A stretch of DNA of 64,000 nt from Eledone cirrhosa (taxonomy: Eukaryota). The translations under genes were made by a program, and so were the position numbers. Of the stretch, positions 1 to 12,175 are shown piece after piece. The stretch lies in contig OZ024761.1 in assembly GCA_964016885.1 (NCBI GenBank), forward strand, positions 22,878,001 to 22,942,000. Reading direction: 5' to 3'. Positions within the stretch are counted from its first letter, which is position 1. Each line of letters starts with the position of its first letter. A model generated the notes under the pieces. It ran no database searches, was not told the DNA's origin, and saw nothing but the letters and a program-made list of their open reading frames with translations.

Positions 1-244
1 CTCAGGTTTCTGTTGTGATGGTGGCCAGCCAACCTGGTGTACTCTGCACGTTCCTGCTGTGATGGTGGCCAGCCAACCTGGGAAGAAGCAGAAAATTAGA
101 AAATTTCTCTTCGTGCCTCATGGCAAGTTTGGTTCAACTGTGATTATATCTTCGATTGTATTCAACTATATTGTAGTAAATAGGCCTCCTTGTGGTAAAG
201 CGGACATACACGTTGATGGCTGAAAACTCGTGTTCAAGCATTGC

Positions 245-449
245 CATCATCATCATCATCATCATCATCATTTTACGTCCGCTTTTCCCTGCTAGCAAGG
301 GTGGGATGGGTCCTATTCAGCACAGCATCTCTCCACTTGTCACGGTCCTTTGTCATCTCTTCGGTGAGCTTCAGCGATCTGAGGTCTTCTCTCACCACCT
401 CTGCCCATGTTTTTCGTGGTCTTCCTCTACTGCGTCTTCCTTCTACTGG
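245..449 (-). mobile_element. RTE-type LINE 3' end with (ATG)n tail
   Basis: The minus strand reads PVEGRRSRGRPRKTWAEVVREDLRSL...DKWRDAV...KRT* followed by (ATG)n. There is a near-identical copy at 21813-22025. Confidence 0.8.
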
Positions 450-452
450 CAT

Positions 453-684
453 TTAAAATGCTAAAAACTGTGAGGCACGAATGTGGCTCTTTAAACTAGC
501 CAAAGACTTGCACCCTCTGGCACATACATGGCAACTGTAGGCTCTTCTGGGACTTTTCATTGCTTTGTTCTGTCTGTGGTGTGTCAGCACCATAGGAGGA
601 CCTTCGCTGCCTGGAAATACAACAGCAATGCTTTTCCCCACATCCTTTTTTACTTTCTCGTATGCGATTCCAGATGCTTCAATA

Positions 685-685
<1 letters not shown>
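453..685 (-). mobile_element. Probable LINE ORF2 C-terminal fragment with C2H2-like finger (RTE/BovB-like)
   Basis: The ORF ends in YSCHVCARGCKSLASLKSHIR just before the stop and is truncated by (TA)n. Confidence 0.45.
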
Positions 686-717
<32 letters not shown>

Positions 718-720
<3 letters not shown>

Positions 721-919
721 CGAAGGAAATGTGGCAAGGAACCAGGTGGACCATAACGCACCAAAGTACTCAATACTTAGGGTAGTAGAGTGGGTAATAG
801 GAACGAGTAGGACTCCGACGGCTGAGCTCAAACCGTTTCGACGGTTAATTCTGGACTAAATGTAGTCCAGAATTAGCCGTCGAAACGGCTTGAGCTCAGC
901 CGTCGGGGTCCTACTCGTT

Positions 920-923
<4 letters not shown>
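718..923 (-). mobile_element. Family A fold-back element (PLE pLTR-like) containing HHR 3' halves
   Basis: Inverted arms at about 797-858 and 863-924. Each arm has GAAA-CGGYT..AGCCG-TC (stem III plus GUC site). It has an ~80-bp unpaired tail and (TA)n on both sides. Confidence 0.75.
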
Positions 924-958
<35 letters not shown>

Positions 959-1012
959 GTGGAGAAGTATATAAAGGAGAACAAACCGTTAAAACATGTT
1001 TATTTAAAAACA

Positions 1013-1054
1013 GCACCTACGTACGTTTCGTCCGAAAGGGCTTCTCAAGGGCAT
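1013..1054 (-). ncRNA. Hammerhead-like motif with variant core (CUUGAGAA)
   Basis: Minus strand: atgcc CTTGAGAA gccc tttc ggac GAAA cgtacg TA ggtgc. Stem III is the palindrome ACGTACGT. Confidence 0.55.
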
Positions 1055-1130
1055 AAAAAACTAAGGAGTGTTCCTTACGTGACCCAGAAGGGGTTTTAAA
1101 GATAAGTTCACATCACAGTTCATTCTTCGT

Positions 1131-1167
<37 letters not shown>

Positions 1168-1224
1168 TACCGATTGTGTTGTTATTTCTGTTACCTTTTA
1201 CATATATATACACATATATATATA

Positions 1225-1330
1225 TAACAAAGAAAGTGTCGTAAAGAACCAGGTGGGCCATAACGCATCAGAGTACTCAATACTTAGGGTAGTAGAGTGG
1301 TTAATAGGAAAAGAGTCAGATGGGGTCCTG
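1225..1330 (-). mobile_element. Family A element, diverged partial copy
   Basis: Shares ccataacgca..gtactcaatacttagggtagtagagtgg with 718-923. Confidence 0.7.
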
Positions 1331-1335
1331 ATTAT

Positions 1336-1388
<53 letters not shown>

Positions 1389-1500
1389 GAGGTTATATTT
1401 AATTTTTTGGGATTCAACAAGCTTAAAAATCGAGGAAGCTCCACCCGTTAAGGTTGTCTCTTTTCCGGGTACGTCAATATATATTTATAAAACAAATCTG

Positions 1501-1566
1501 TATTTTATCTGATGAAAGCGCACCATAATTTGCCTTGGTTGCCCTTGAAATATGTATAATAAAATA
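1501..1566 (+). ncRNA. Minimal type I hammerhead ribozyme (family C)
   Basis: tattttat CTGATGA aagcgcacca..tggttgccctt GAAA tatgta TA ataaaata, with a perfect 8-bp stem I. Homologous to 59936-59996. Confidence 0.8.
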
Positions 1567-1605
1567 AATATGGTTTTATAAATATAGTTTCCCATTTATT
1601 AATAT

Positions 1606-1636
<31 letters not shown>

Positions 1637-1666
1637 TGTGGTATATATATATATATATATATATAT

Positions 1667-1717
<51 letters not shown>

Positions 1718-1764
1718 TATATTATGAGTTACAAAAAGAGAGAGAGAAAGTGTGTGAGTGAGAG

Positions 1765-1969
1765 GTGGTGAGAGTTGTTTTTACCATTGTGATCTACTAA
1801 TAGCTGATAGAGAGAGAGAGAGAGGGAGGTAGTGTGAGTTACTTAACCATTGTGCTACTAATAGCTGAGAGAGAGGGAGAGGGAGAGAGAGTGATAGAGA
1901 GGGGGAGAGAGAGAGGGAGGTAATGTGAGTTACTTAACCATTGTTCTACTAATAGCTGAGAGAGAGAGT

Positions 1970-2002
<33 letters not shown>

Positions 2003-2038
2003 TGGTAGTGTGAGTTAACCATTGTGCTACTAATAGCT

Positions 2039-2069
<31 letters not shown>

Positions 2070-2104
2070 GGTGGTAGTGTGAGTTAACCATTGTTCTACT
2101 AATA

Positions 2105-2139
<35 letters not shown>

Positions 2140-2272
2140 GGTAGTGTGAGTTAACCATTGTTTCTACTAATAGCTGAGAGAGAGAGAGAGAGAGAGAGAG
2201 AGTGATAGAGAGAGTGATAGAGAGAGAGAGAGAGGGTGGTAGTGTGAGTTAACCATTGTTCTACTAATAGCT

Positions 2273-2328
<56 letters not shown>

Positions 2329-2372
2329 GGTGGTAGTGTGAGTTAACCATTGTGCTACTAATAGCTGAGAGA
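1765..2372. repeat. Minisatellite: ~38-bp core separated by variable (GA)n, about 8 copies
   Basis: The core ggtagtgtgagttaaccattgtkctactaatagctga recurs. Confidence 0.9.
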
Positions 2373-2449
2373 TGATGTAAGGAAATGGAAAACGGAAGAA
2401 GAATTGTTCCGAACGAACGACTTGTGTTGTGTAGTGTCAGTAGGGGAGA

Positions 2450-3140
2450 GATCGATAGGTGGGGATATAGATTGGTAGGTGGGTAGATCAATCGATAGGT
2501 GGGTTAGTACGTAGGTGGGTTGTAGGTAGGTAGATCGAAAGGTGGGTTAGTAGGTAGGTGGGTTGTAGGTAGGTAGATCGAAAGGTGGGTTAGTAGGTAG
2601 GTGGGTTGTAGGTAGGTGGGTAGGTAGGTAGGTAGAATTGGAAGGTGGGTTAGTAGGAAGGTAGGTTCGTAGATAGATAGGTAGGTAGGTAGGTAGGTGG
2701 GTAGGTAGATTGGAAGGTGGGTTAGTAGGAAGGTAGGTTTCGTAGATAGATAGGTAGGTAGGTAGGTAGGTGGGTAGGTAGATTGGAAGGTTGGGTTAGT
2801 AGGTAGGTGCGTTGTGGGTAGGTGGGTAGGTGGGTAGATAGGTGGGTAGGTGGGTAGATAGGTAGGTAGGTAGTTTGGAAGGTGGGTTAGTAGGTAGGTG
2901 GGTAGGTAGATTGGAAGGTGGGTTAGTAGGTAGGTGGGTTGGTAGGTGGGTGGGTAGGAAGGTAGGTAGATTGATAAGTAGGTAGATATGTAGGTTGGTA
3001 GGTACTTGGGTAGAAATATAGGTTCGTTGGTAGGTAGATGGGTAGATAGGTGGGTAGGTGGCTGGGCTGGTAGATAGGAAGGTTGCTGGTTAGGTTGGTA
3101 GGCTGGTAGATGGGTAGGGAGGTCGATCGGTAGGTAGGTT
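2450..3140. repeat. Degenerate (GGTA)n / G-rich low-complexity array
   Basis: Made of ggta, ggtgggttagtaggtag and attggaag units. Confidence 0.9.
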
Positions 3141-3452
3141 GTGTATGTATGCATATGTGTATGTATGCATAAGTGTATGTGTATGCATGTATGTGTATGT
3201 ATGTATATGTGTGTGTTACATAAGCAAGATGAAAGGAGGAGGGAAAGTATAATAAACAAACGTCAGCTATTTGGGATGGTTAAGAGGAGGCGATCTGGAA
3301 CGATGATTAAGGTTTTATCTCAAGAGAATTGAAGCCTAACTTGTAAACAGCTGTCGGTAACATACGACAAACAGACAGACAGTTCCGTTGATTGATAGAT
3401 AGACAAACAAACAGATAGATCGGATAATTGATAGATACATAGATAGATAGAC

Positions 3453-3665
3453 ATATTTCTTTATTTGCCACAAGGGCGCACAAGAAAGGGGACAATACAA
3501 AGACATGGCGGGATTTTACATACAATCGCGTAAAAAAATTTTAAAATACAAATTCAACAATCGAAATCTCCAATAGGGGGGAGGCTTACAAATGGGTTGC
3601 TTTATACCCCGTAGATAGAACAACCCTCAACTTCAGGAGCATGTTTTGCAAGTGTTCCTTTCTTC
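3453..3665 (-). mobile_element. LINE (L1/Tx1-like) 3' end abutting (GATA)n
   Basis: The minus strand ends ..gcccttgtggcaaataaagaaatat followed by (TCTA)n. Copies at 3845-4062 and 18040-18130. Confidence 0.55.
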
Positions 3666-3844
3666 TTTTCCCTCTCTTCCTCAACCTACAGGTTTATATA
3701 TAGAAAAGGCCCAATCACCTGGGCCATTCTCGCCACATTCACCCACCTTTCAGTAAATTTACTGGGGTGCAGTACCTCTCTCTCTCCACTCTATTTCTCC
3801 TTCTAAAGTGGTACCTAAAGAAGGGAACGAGCTAGTAGATAGAT

Positions 3845-4062
3845 ATATTTCTATATTTGCCACAAGGGTGCACAAGAAAAGGGGACAAAAGAAGGACATA
3901 TGCCGGGATTTTAAATACAGTCGTGTAAAAAAATTGTTAACAAACATATTCAACAATCGAAATCCCCAACAGGGGGGAGGCGTTACGAATGGGTTGTTTT
4001 ATACCCCGTAGATAGAACAACCCTCAACTCCAGGAGCATGTTCTGCAAGTGCTCCTTTCTTC
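3845..4062 (-). mobile_element. Second copy of the L1/Tx1-like 3' end
   Basis: High identity to 3453-3665 and a short GATA junction. Confidence 0.55.
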
Positions 4063-4139
4063 CTTTAGCATGAATATACAACAATAAATATAGAGTAATG
4101 TAAATGCTAAAGGATTAACCCTTTAGCATTTACATTACA

Positions 4140-4518
4140 GATAAATGAAAGTGAGGCTGAAATAAAATTGAGGGGAAAAAAGTTTATAAATAAATATCCA
4201 AATACACACACATCCGCAAACACAAACTCACTCATATACGTAATAGTACGTAAATATATACATTCACGCATAAGTGTGTGTGTGTGTGTATATGTATATA
4301 TATATATGTGTGTAAATGTGAGTGAAAGATCACACGCACATATGTGTGTATTTGTATTTCCATGCAGACACATATATACTTATGAGTGAATGTATGTTTA
4401 CGTACTATTACGTATATGAGTGAGTTTGTGTTTGTGTATGCATTTGGATATTTATTTATTAATTTTTTCCCACTCAATTTTTGCCCGTTATTTTATTTCA
4501 GCCTCACTTTCATTTATC
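4140..4518. repeat. Long inverted repeat (~135-bp arms, ~100-bp microsatellite-like spacer); MITE/foldback-like
   Basis: gataaatgaaagtgaggctgaaataaaa... at 4140 pairs with ...ttttatttcagcctcactttcatttatc ending at 4518. Confidence 0.85.
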
Positions 4519-4560
4519 CTATACTCTGTTTTCAAATCCATATTACTACTTCATAAATAC

Positions 4561-4645
4561 ATTTTCTTCTGATGAATAAAGACAGATATAAATATCTGTT
4601 TTCAAGAAATGAAATAATTATCTTATGTTGTTTATGACATAACTA
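4561..4645 (+). mobile_element. Family F element with internally deleted hammerhead
   Basis: CTGATGA-stem II (aagacagata/tatctgtttt)-GAAA is present. Stem III is missing relative to the copy at 45910-45973. Confidence 0.6.
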
Positions 4646-4655
4646 TATATATATA

Positions 4656-4680
4656 TATTCTGATGAAACAATTGTTAATA
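4656..4680 (+). ncRNA. Hammerhead remnant lacking stem II
   Basis: tatt CTGAT GAAA caattg TT aata: stem I and the palindromic stem III remain, while stem II is lost between TGA microhomologies. Confidence 0.5.
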
Positions 4681-4858
4681 CGTGGATTAAATTCTTTTGT
4701 AACTGTTTACCTTCATCCTATTTCTCTTCTTTGATTACACTCCTCGTTTGTTCGTGTTTCCACTACAGAATCCCTACCAACCTGTCGAGTCACCTTAACG
4801 TATGTTGAGAACTTTCCTCACAACTTGTTCTACCAAGCTTTGGAATACTCCTAATAAC

Positions 4859-4888
<30 letters not shown>

Positions 4889-4892
<4 letters not shown>

Positions 4893-4998
4893 AACGAGTA
4901 GGACCTACTCGTTCCTATTACCCACTCTACTACCCTAAGTATTGAGTACTTTGGTGCGTTATGGTCCATCTGGTTCCTTATCACATTTCCTTCGTTAT
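4889..4998 (+). mobile_element. Family A element with a short fold-back
   Basis: taggaacgagtagg-a-cctactcgttccta hairpin followed by the family tail. Confidence 0.75.
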
Positions 4999-5007
4999 AT
5001 ATATATA

Positions 5008-5164
5008 TGGACACACTAGAAGAGGAAGACCAAGGTTAACATATGTTGATGCCCTAAGGACAGACACTGGTCTGTTGGAGATGCAGGATATGGCAGCGAT
5101 AATGATGGACAGAGACCGCTGGAGAGAACTCGTCCATGGATCTCGGGAATTTTACCCGCCTTAG
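5008..5164 (+). mobile_element. RTE/RTE-X LINE 3' end in (TA)n
   Basis: Reads [22 protein letters not shown]...[14 protein letters not shown], matching the 3' end of 57738-59333. Confidence 0.85.
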
Positions 5165-5258
5165 ATAGATATATATATATATATATACAACACACACAAA
5201 AACAAGATGGCGTAGGACAGAACAAAGGAGAGGCACAAAACAAAGAAAAGAATCCCCA

Positions 5259-5301
5259 GTCACTGAAGAGGTCACAGAATGTGTGACGAAAGAACTTTGA
5301 C
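5259..5301 (+). ncRNA. Minimal hammerhead ribozyme (family G)
   Basis: gtca CTGAAGA g gtcaca gaatg tgtgac GAAA gaac TT tgac. Homologous to 11371-11412. Confidence 0.75.
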
Positions 5302-5458
5302 AATATATAAACAACTATCTGGTTGTGGAACCAACCAACCAGAAATTTATAAATTTTTTTGAAAAAAAAAAAAAAAAAAATTCTTTAATTTATAATAAAT
5401 TGGAGTGAAAGCAACTGGTGCGTGTGTTTCTTATTGGCAACATGACCCTCCCAAAGTG

Positions 5459-5514
<56 letters not shown>

Positions 5515-5691
5515 CAGTTAGAACTAACGTGACCAGACCACTGCTGTTTCTAGCTAATTATCACAATTAAATGGATAATTAGCATATCATGATAGGAACT
5601 TTCATCAGTCGGCCAATCTTGTACAATCAATAGATCATTTAATCAATTAATTAATCAAATAAATATAGAAGACAACAACCGTCCATATGTG

Positions 5692-5782
<91 letters not shown>

Positions 5783-6118
5783 TGTGTGTGTATATATGTG
5801 TGTGTGTGTGTGTATATATGTGTGTGTGTATATATATGTGTGTGTGTGTGTGTATATATATATATGTGTGTGTGTGTATATATATCTATGTGTGTGTGTG
5901 TATATATATATCTATGTGTGTGTGTGTGTATAGATATATGTGTGTGTATATATGTGTGTGTATATATATATATATATATAATTAAGTTTAACAAGGTTCA
6001 TTGATTAATCAATGAATAAAGTTTTACAATAGATTAGAAGCACTCTACAGGAGGTTATCTGGAGTTATTAATATTACTTCAAAATATTAATAAATATAGA
6101 CATTCATGTGATCAAATA

Positions 6119-6184
6119 TATTTTATTATACATATTTCAGAGGCACTGAGCTATTTCATCAGTACGTCCTCATCAGATAAAATA
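6119..6184 (-). ncRNA. Minimal hammerhead ribozyme (inverted arm)
   Basis: Reverse complement of 6285-6350 with one loop difference. Confidence 0.75.
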
Positions 6185-6284
6185 AGTTGATGCCTGACAT
6201 ACCTTGACTATGTTGATGGTTAAAATTTACTGCCATGACTAAATTATAACCATCAACATAGTCAAGGTATGTCAGACATCAACT

Positions 6285-6350
6285 TATTTTATCTGATGAG
6301 GACGTACTGTTGAAATAGCTCAGTGCCTCTGAAATATGTATAATAAAATA
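6285..6350 (+). ncRNA. Minimal type I hammerhead ribozyme
   Basis: tattttat CTGATGA ggacgtactg ttgaaatagct cagtgcctct GAAA tatgta TA ataaaata. Confidence 0.8.
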
Positions 6351-6378
6351 TATTTGATCACATGAATGTCTATATTTA

Positions 6379-6417
<39 letters not shown>

Positions 6418-6420
<3 letters not shown>

Positions 6421-6643
6421 TTAAAATAACAGATTAAAGTTTAAGCAAAGAATCGCTGCTTTCACCCTTAACGGGATCTCCTGAAACTGTTTCAGAAGAT
6501 CCCGTTAAGGGTGAAAGCAGCGATTCTTTGCTTAAACTTTAATCTGTTATTTTAATAAATATTTGCTCTACGCTTCTTATATATTTGATATATATTTATC
6601 CTTATCGAGCCCTCTTTGGATTTTAGTCTTCAAATTTATTATT
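6418..6643 (+). mobile_element. Family B fold-back element with a CAGAAGA hammerhead variant (6489-6537)
   Basis: Inverted repeat at 6418-6558 containing gttt CAGAAGA tccc gttaa gggt GAAA gcag..ttgc TT aaac. Tail ..ccttatcgagccctctttggattttagtcttcaaa. Confidence 0.75.
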
Positions 6644-6743
6644 GCCGAGGTTAACTTTGCCTTTCATCCTTACGGGGTCGATAAAATAAAGTACCAGTAA
6701 TGTACTGGGTAATTGCTGGCCATGTGCCAATAGTAGAAACAAT

Positions 6744-6748
<5 letters not shown>
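6644..6748 (+). mobile_element. tRNA-derived SINE, 3' half
   Basis: gccgaggttaactttgcctttcatccttacggggtcgataaaataaagtaccag...aattatta. Confidence 0.85.
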
Positions 6749-6786
<38 letters not shown>

Positions 6787-6789
<3 letters not shown>

Positions 6790-6968
6790 CGGTGGATTGG
6801 CAGTATCGGTAGAGGGTCGGACGCCATGCTTTCCAGCATAGTTACAATCTGAGTTCAAATCCCGCCGAGGTTTACTTTGCCTTTCATCCTTACGAGGTCG
6901 ATAAAATAAAGTACCAGTAATGCACTGAGTATTTGCTGGCCTTGTGCCTAAAGTAGAAACAATTATTA
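6787..6968 (+). mobile_element. Full-length tRNA-derived SINE (possibly MetaSINE-type core)
   Basis: A box tggcagtatcgg, B box gagttcaaatcc, a conserved central domain and an (ATT) tail. At least 5 copies in the window. Confidence 0.9.
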
Positions 6969-7189
6969 TATATATATATAAATAAAATTATGCATAATCA
7001 TTTTAAAGTAATGCTGAGTTACTACAAGATGAAACATTTAGAATCCCCCCTCTCTCCCCCCTCCCCTCTCCCACCCAAACCTCCTCTAACTCATCAAAGA
7101 ATGATACACTCCTATCTCAAATCAAGCAACCACAAGTTGATATAAAAGAGAACACATACATATTATAGCGAATACATCATATATTTGTT

Positions 7190-7390
7190 GTCGGAAATTA
7201 CCGGAAAGTGACGACAACTCGCAACAGGGCTTCAATCAATGTTTGCCATCAGCTAAAAAGAAAAAAAAAAGGGGGGGGGGAGTAAAAAAGCACCCCCAGA
7301 AAAAAACGTCGAAAAAACTACAAAAGGAAAATGGCGGAAAATCACGTGATTTCTATTCTATTCAACCAAAATGGTGGCTGCGTTATAGTG
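7190..7390. promoter_or_regulatory. Candidate regulatory island (ETS-like, YY1, E-box)
   Basis: accggaaagtg (~7200), aaaatggcgg (7328) and tcacgtga (7342) lie in CpG-containing unique sequence. Confidence 0.35.
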
Positions 7391-7592
7391 GCAATTAACT
7401 AGAGTATCTGACCTTTAAATACATTACAAAAAAATATCTCATGAATATCAACGAAGCCCTTATCATACATCTTTCTCAGTCCCTTTCTCTCTCTCTCTCT
7501 CTCTCCCCCTCTCTCCCCCTCTCTCTGTCTCTTTCTCTCTCTCTGTATATATATATATATATATATATGCATTTGTACATATCTATATACAT

Positions 7593-7626
<34 letters not shown>

Positions 7627-7718
7627 ATGTATATATATATATTCACCTATATGCATTTATATAGATCTATATGCATTTATATATATCTATATACATACAT
7701 ACATATACATATATACAC

Positions 7719-7753
<35 letters not shown>

Positions 7754-7890
7754 AATATTTTTATCGTTCAATCGCCATCTTCACAATTCATTTTGACGCC
7801 TTTTAGAATAGTTTCCATGTACATATATTTATACTTGCATATATATACATACATAATATATATATCCGCTTATATATATATGTATATATG

Positions 7891-7928
<38 letters not shown>

Positions 7929-8054
7929 TATATACATATATATGTATATATATATATATATGTGTCATGTATATATATATGTCATGTATATATATATATA
8001 TGTCATGTATATATATATATATGTCATGTATATATATATATATATGTCATATGT

Positions 8055-8112
8055 ATATCGAGCCCTCTTTGGATTTTAGTCTTCAATTTTATTATTATTA
8101 CTATTATTACTA
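8055..8112 (+). mobile_element. Family B tail fragment in (TA)n
   Basis: tatcgagccctctttggattttagtcttcaa. Also found at ~23515-23575 and ~44455-44510 (minus). Confidence 0.7.
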
Positions 8113-8121
8113 TATATATAG

Positions 8122-8153
<32 letters not shown>

Positions 8154-8170
8154 TATAGTATATATATGTC

Positions 8171-8218
<48 letters not shown>

Positions 8219-8228
8219 TATATATGTC

Positions 8229-8276
<48 letters not shown>

Positions 8277-8607
8277 TATATATGTCATATATATATATAT
8301 GTGTATATATACATATATATAGTATATATATGTCATATATATATGTGTATATATATATATAGTATATATATGTCATATATATATATGTGTATATATATAT
8401 ATATATTATATATATGTCATATATAGTATATGTCATATATAGTATATATATGTGTATATATATATATATAGTATATATATGTCATATATAGTATATATAT
8501 ATATATAGTATATATATGTCATATATAGTATATATATGTGTATATATATATATATAGTATATATATGTCATATATAGTATATATATGTCATATATAGTAT
8601 ATATATG

Positions 8608-8705
<98 letters not shown>

Positions 8706-9644
8706 GTCATATATATATGTGTGTATATATATATATATATGTGTGTATATATATATATATATATGTGTATATATATATATATATATGTGATATATGCATG
8801 TGTATGTATATATATATGTGTATGTATATATATATGTCATATATATATATATATATGATATATATATACGTGTATGTGTGTGTGTGAAGGAAGAGAAAAG
8901 GCGCCATGAATTACTAGTGAGTGTGGAATGTAATCCGGTCACCCAGAACTGACATTATTGACTCAGGAGATTTCTTCAAACATATGTACACCTCAATACA
9001 AGGCCACCAGATATAGCTATATCTCTACCTATATATATAGAGTGGTGGTGTGGTGTGGGTGGTGGTGGTGTGGGTGGTGGTGTGGGTGTGGGTAGTGGTG
9101 TGGGTGGTGGTAGTGGTGTGGGGTGGTGGTGATGGTGTTGGTGGTGGGGGTGATGGTGTTTGAATTGGTGGTGTTGGTGGTGGTGGTAGTTGTGTTTGAA
9201 TTGTTATTGGTGGTAGTGGTGGTGTTTGTGGTGGTGGTTGTGTTTGAATTGTTATTGGTGGTGGTGGTGTTGATGATGGCATGGAAGGTAGAAAGAAAGT
9301 GTGGCTGTATCACAAGATGGCTGAAGGCTACAGCAGTTGTCTGCAAAAACTGTTGCGGAAACGCCATGTCAGCTCGTTACTTTACACTGCAGTCAACAGC
9401 GTGCACTTAATGTTGCACATCAAAGCTGCACTTAACCAAATGTAACATCTGCTAAACGAGTCAATGTCCTCACCTCCTTCCACCCCTTGAAAACTCCCCA
9501 TCGCCACCCTACATACCGTAGCTGCTCCAACCACACCACACCATCACCTTTTCTAATATTAGCCTGTAAATCCCCGTTTTACTCAAACTTTTACACTTTC
9601 TCTCCCTGGTTTAGCTGCCCGGTTCACTCTCCCACCCCTTTCTA

Positions 9645-10548
<904 letters not shown>

Positions 10549-10757
10549 ACACACATACACGTGTGTGTGTGTGTATTTAACGAAGATTATTTAATTAAAG
10601 AATATATAGTAATTACTCAATAAATAGAGACAGATCAATAATTCATCGAACAGACTCTACAGAATATTATTTGTTGATAATCGATGAATACTTGTAATGA
10701 TTGATTAAAATAAGATTTTTATCTTCTTTTTCTTTTTCTTTTTCTTCTTCTTCCTTT

Positions 10758-10793
10758 CACCTGAAAAGGGGATATTATTTCCGAAATATCATG
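10758..10793 (+). ncRNA. Degenerate hammerhead-like motif (CUGAAAA)
   Basis: cac CTGAAAA ggggata t tatttcc GAAA ta TC atg. Confidence 0.4.
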
Positions 10794-10887
10794 CCATAAT
10801 ACACTAGGTAAAACATTACTTTACTTCTTTTGTTTCGTATACCATCATTTGCATTTCGTACTTTCTATCACATCATTTATTGGTCAT

Positions 10888-10975
<88 letters not shown>

Positions 10976-11080
10976 CACACACACGCACGCACTCACACAT
11001 ATATATATATATATAAACTCATTAAAACAACATCAGAAGACAGGACTGGAGAATTTACTTTAAAATTTTAATTCCATGAA

Positions 11081-11124
11081 AGCTCTATACATATTTCCAT
11101 GGTCCAGCCTGCTCATCAGATCAT
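11081..11124 (-). ncRNA. Hammerhead core with poor stem I
   Basis: Minus strand: CTGATGA gcagg ctgga ccatg GAAA tatgta TA gagct. Confidence 0.5.
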
Positions 11125-11276
11125 AATACATGTCCTAGACAATTTCATCAGGTGTTATTTGCGGGATTAGACAACAGATTACGTTGAACATAAACATAAT
11201 AGAAAATAGACAAATACACCGATTCGATTAGGGGGCAGCCTACCTATTCGGTATAATGGTGGTGGCAGACGTTCCC

Positions 11277-11330
<54 letters not shown>

Positions 11331-11370
11331 GGCGTAGGCCTTACAATACAACGGGATGAAACATAATAGT

Positions 11371-11412
11371 ACCACTGATGATGTCACAGATGTGTGATGA
11401 AAGAACTTTGAC
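11371..11412 (+). ncRNA. Minimal hammerhead ribozyme (family G)
   Basis: acca CTGATGA t gtcaca gatg tgtgat GAAA gaac TT tgac. Stem I is partly mismatched. Confidence 0.65.
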
Positions 11413-11720
11413 TATATATATATTTTTTTTATATCTATTTTTGACCGTTGGTCAATCAATGATAAACATTGATTACCAAGTAAATTAACTATGGAGATAT
11501 AAAAGATAGAGAAGCGAAAACCAACCAAACAGTGACTGTGTTTTATTATTATTTCTGGCAATATTATAACAATATGGCCCTCCCCAAATATAACTATATA
11601 TATATATATAATTAGTATATCTAGTAGCATATATATACACAGATGCATACTTATGCTAGCAAATATATAGGTTTTGTCTTAGTAACTTTGTGGTTCAATG
11701 CATGGGGTTGCAGAACAATA

Positions 11721-11826
11721 ATATGAGAGACGTAAAATAAGAAAATTATAAAATTAACTTACTAAAATTTCACTCCGGGAGTGAAATTTAATAAGTAAGT
11801 TAATTTTATAATTTTCTTATTTTACG

Positions 11827-11836
<10 letters not shown>
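11721..11836. mobile_element. Fold-back palindrome centred on an HHR stem II-like hairpin
   Basis: ~55-bp arms with the centre cttact aaaatttc actc cgg gagt GAAA tttaa TA agtaag, abutting (TA)n. Confidence 0.7.
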
Positions 11837-11860
<24 letters not shown>

Positions 11861-12102
11861 CTGTGTGATGTGCATGCACACCTGTAGAGGTCAGTGAAAG
11901 CAACAACAGCTGGTGCTATCTATTGTTAACTAATGCAACGGTTGTCATTATTTACACCCCACCCCCACCGCTGTCTCTATATCAATTACTCCTTGCTACT
12001 TAGCATATATATATATATATGTACATACACACATATATATATATATATATATGTACACATATATATATATATATATGTACATATATATATATGTACACAC
12101 AC

Positions 12103-12162
<60 letters not shown>

Positions 12163-12175
12163 TTATTTATATATT

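Larger units (their letters stand above)
6084..6385. mobile_element. Large fold-back element (~145-bp arms) with a full hammerhead in each arm
   Basis: Near-perfect inverted repeat with a ~10-bp spacer at about 6230-6239, abutting (TA)n. Confidence 0.85.

Noticed and set aside
1765-2372. Repeat-spacer pattern resembling a CRISPR array
   Set aside because: The spacers are just (GA)n of varying length, the context is eukaryotic and there are no cas genes.
5525-5620. Minus-strand CTGATGA...long hairpin...GAAA
   Set aside because: Stems I-III cannot be closed consistently, so it is at best a rearranged remnant.
6787-6870. tRNA gene (A and B boxes)
   Set aside because: There is no cloverleaf. 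It is the head of a multi-copy SINE.
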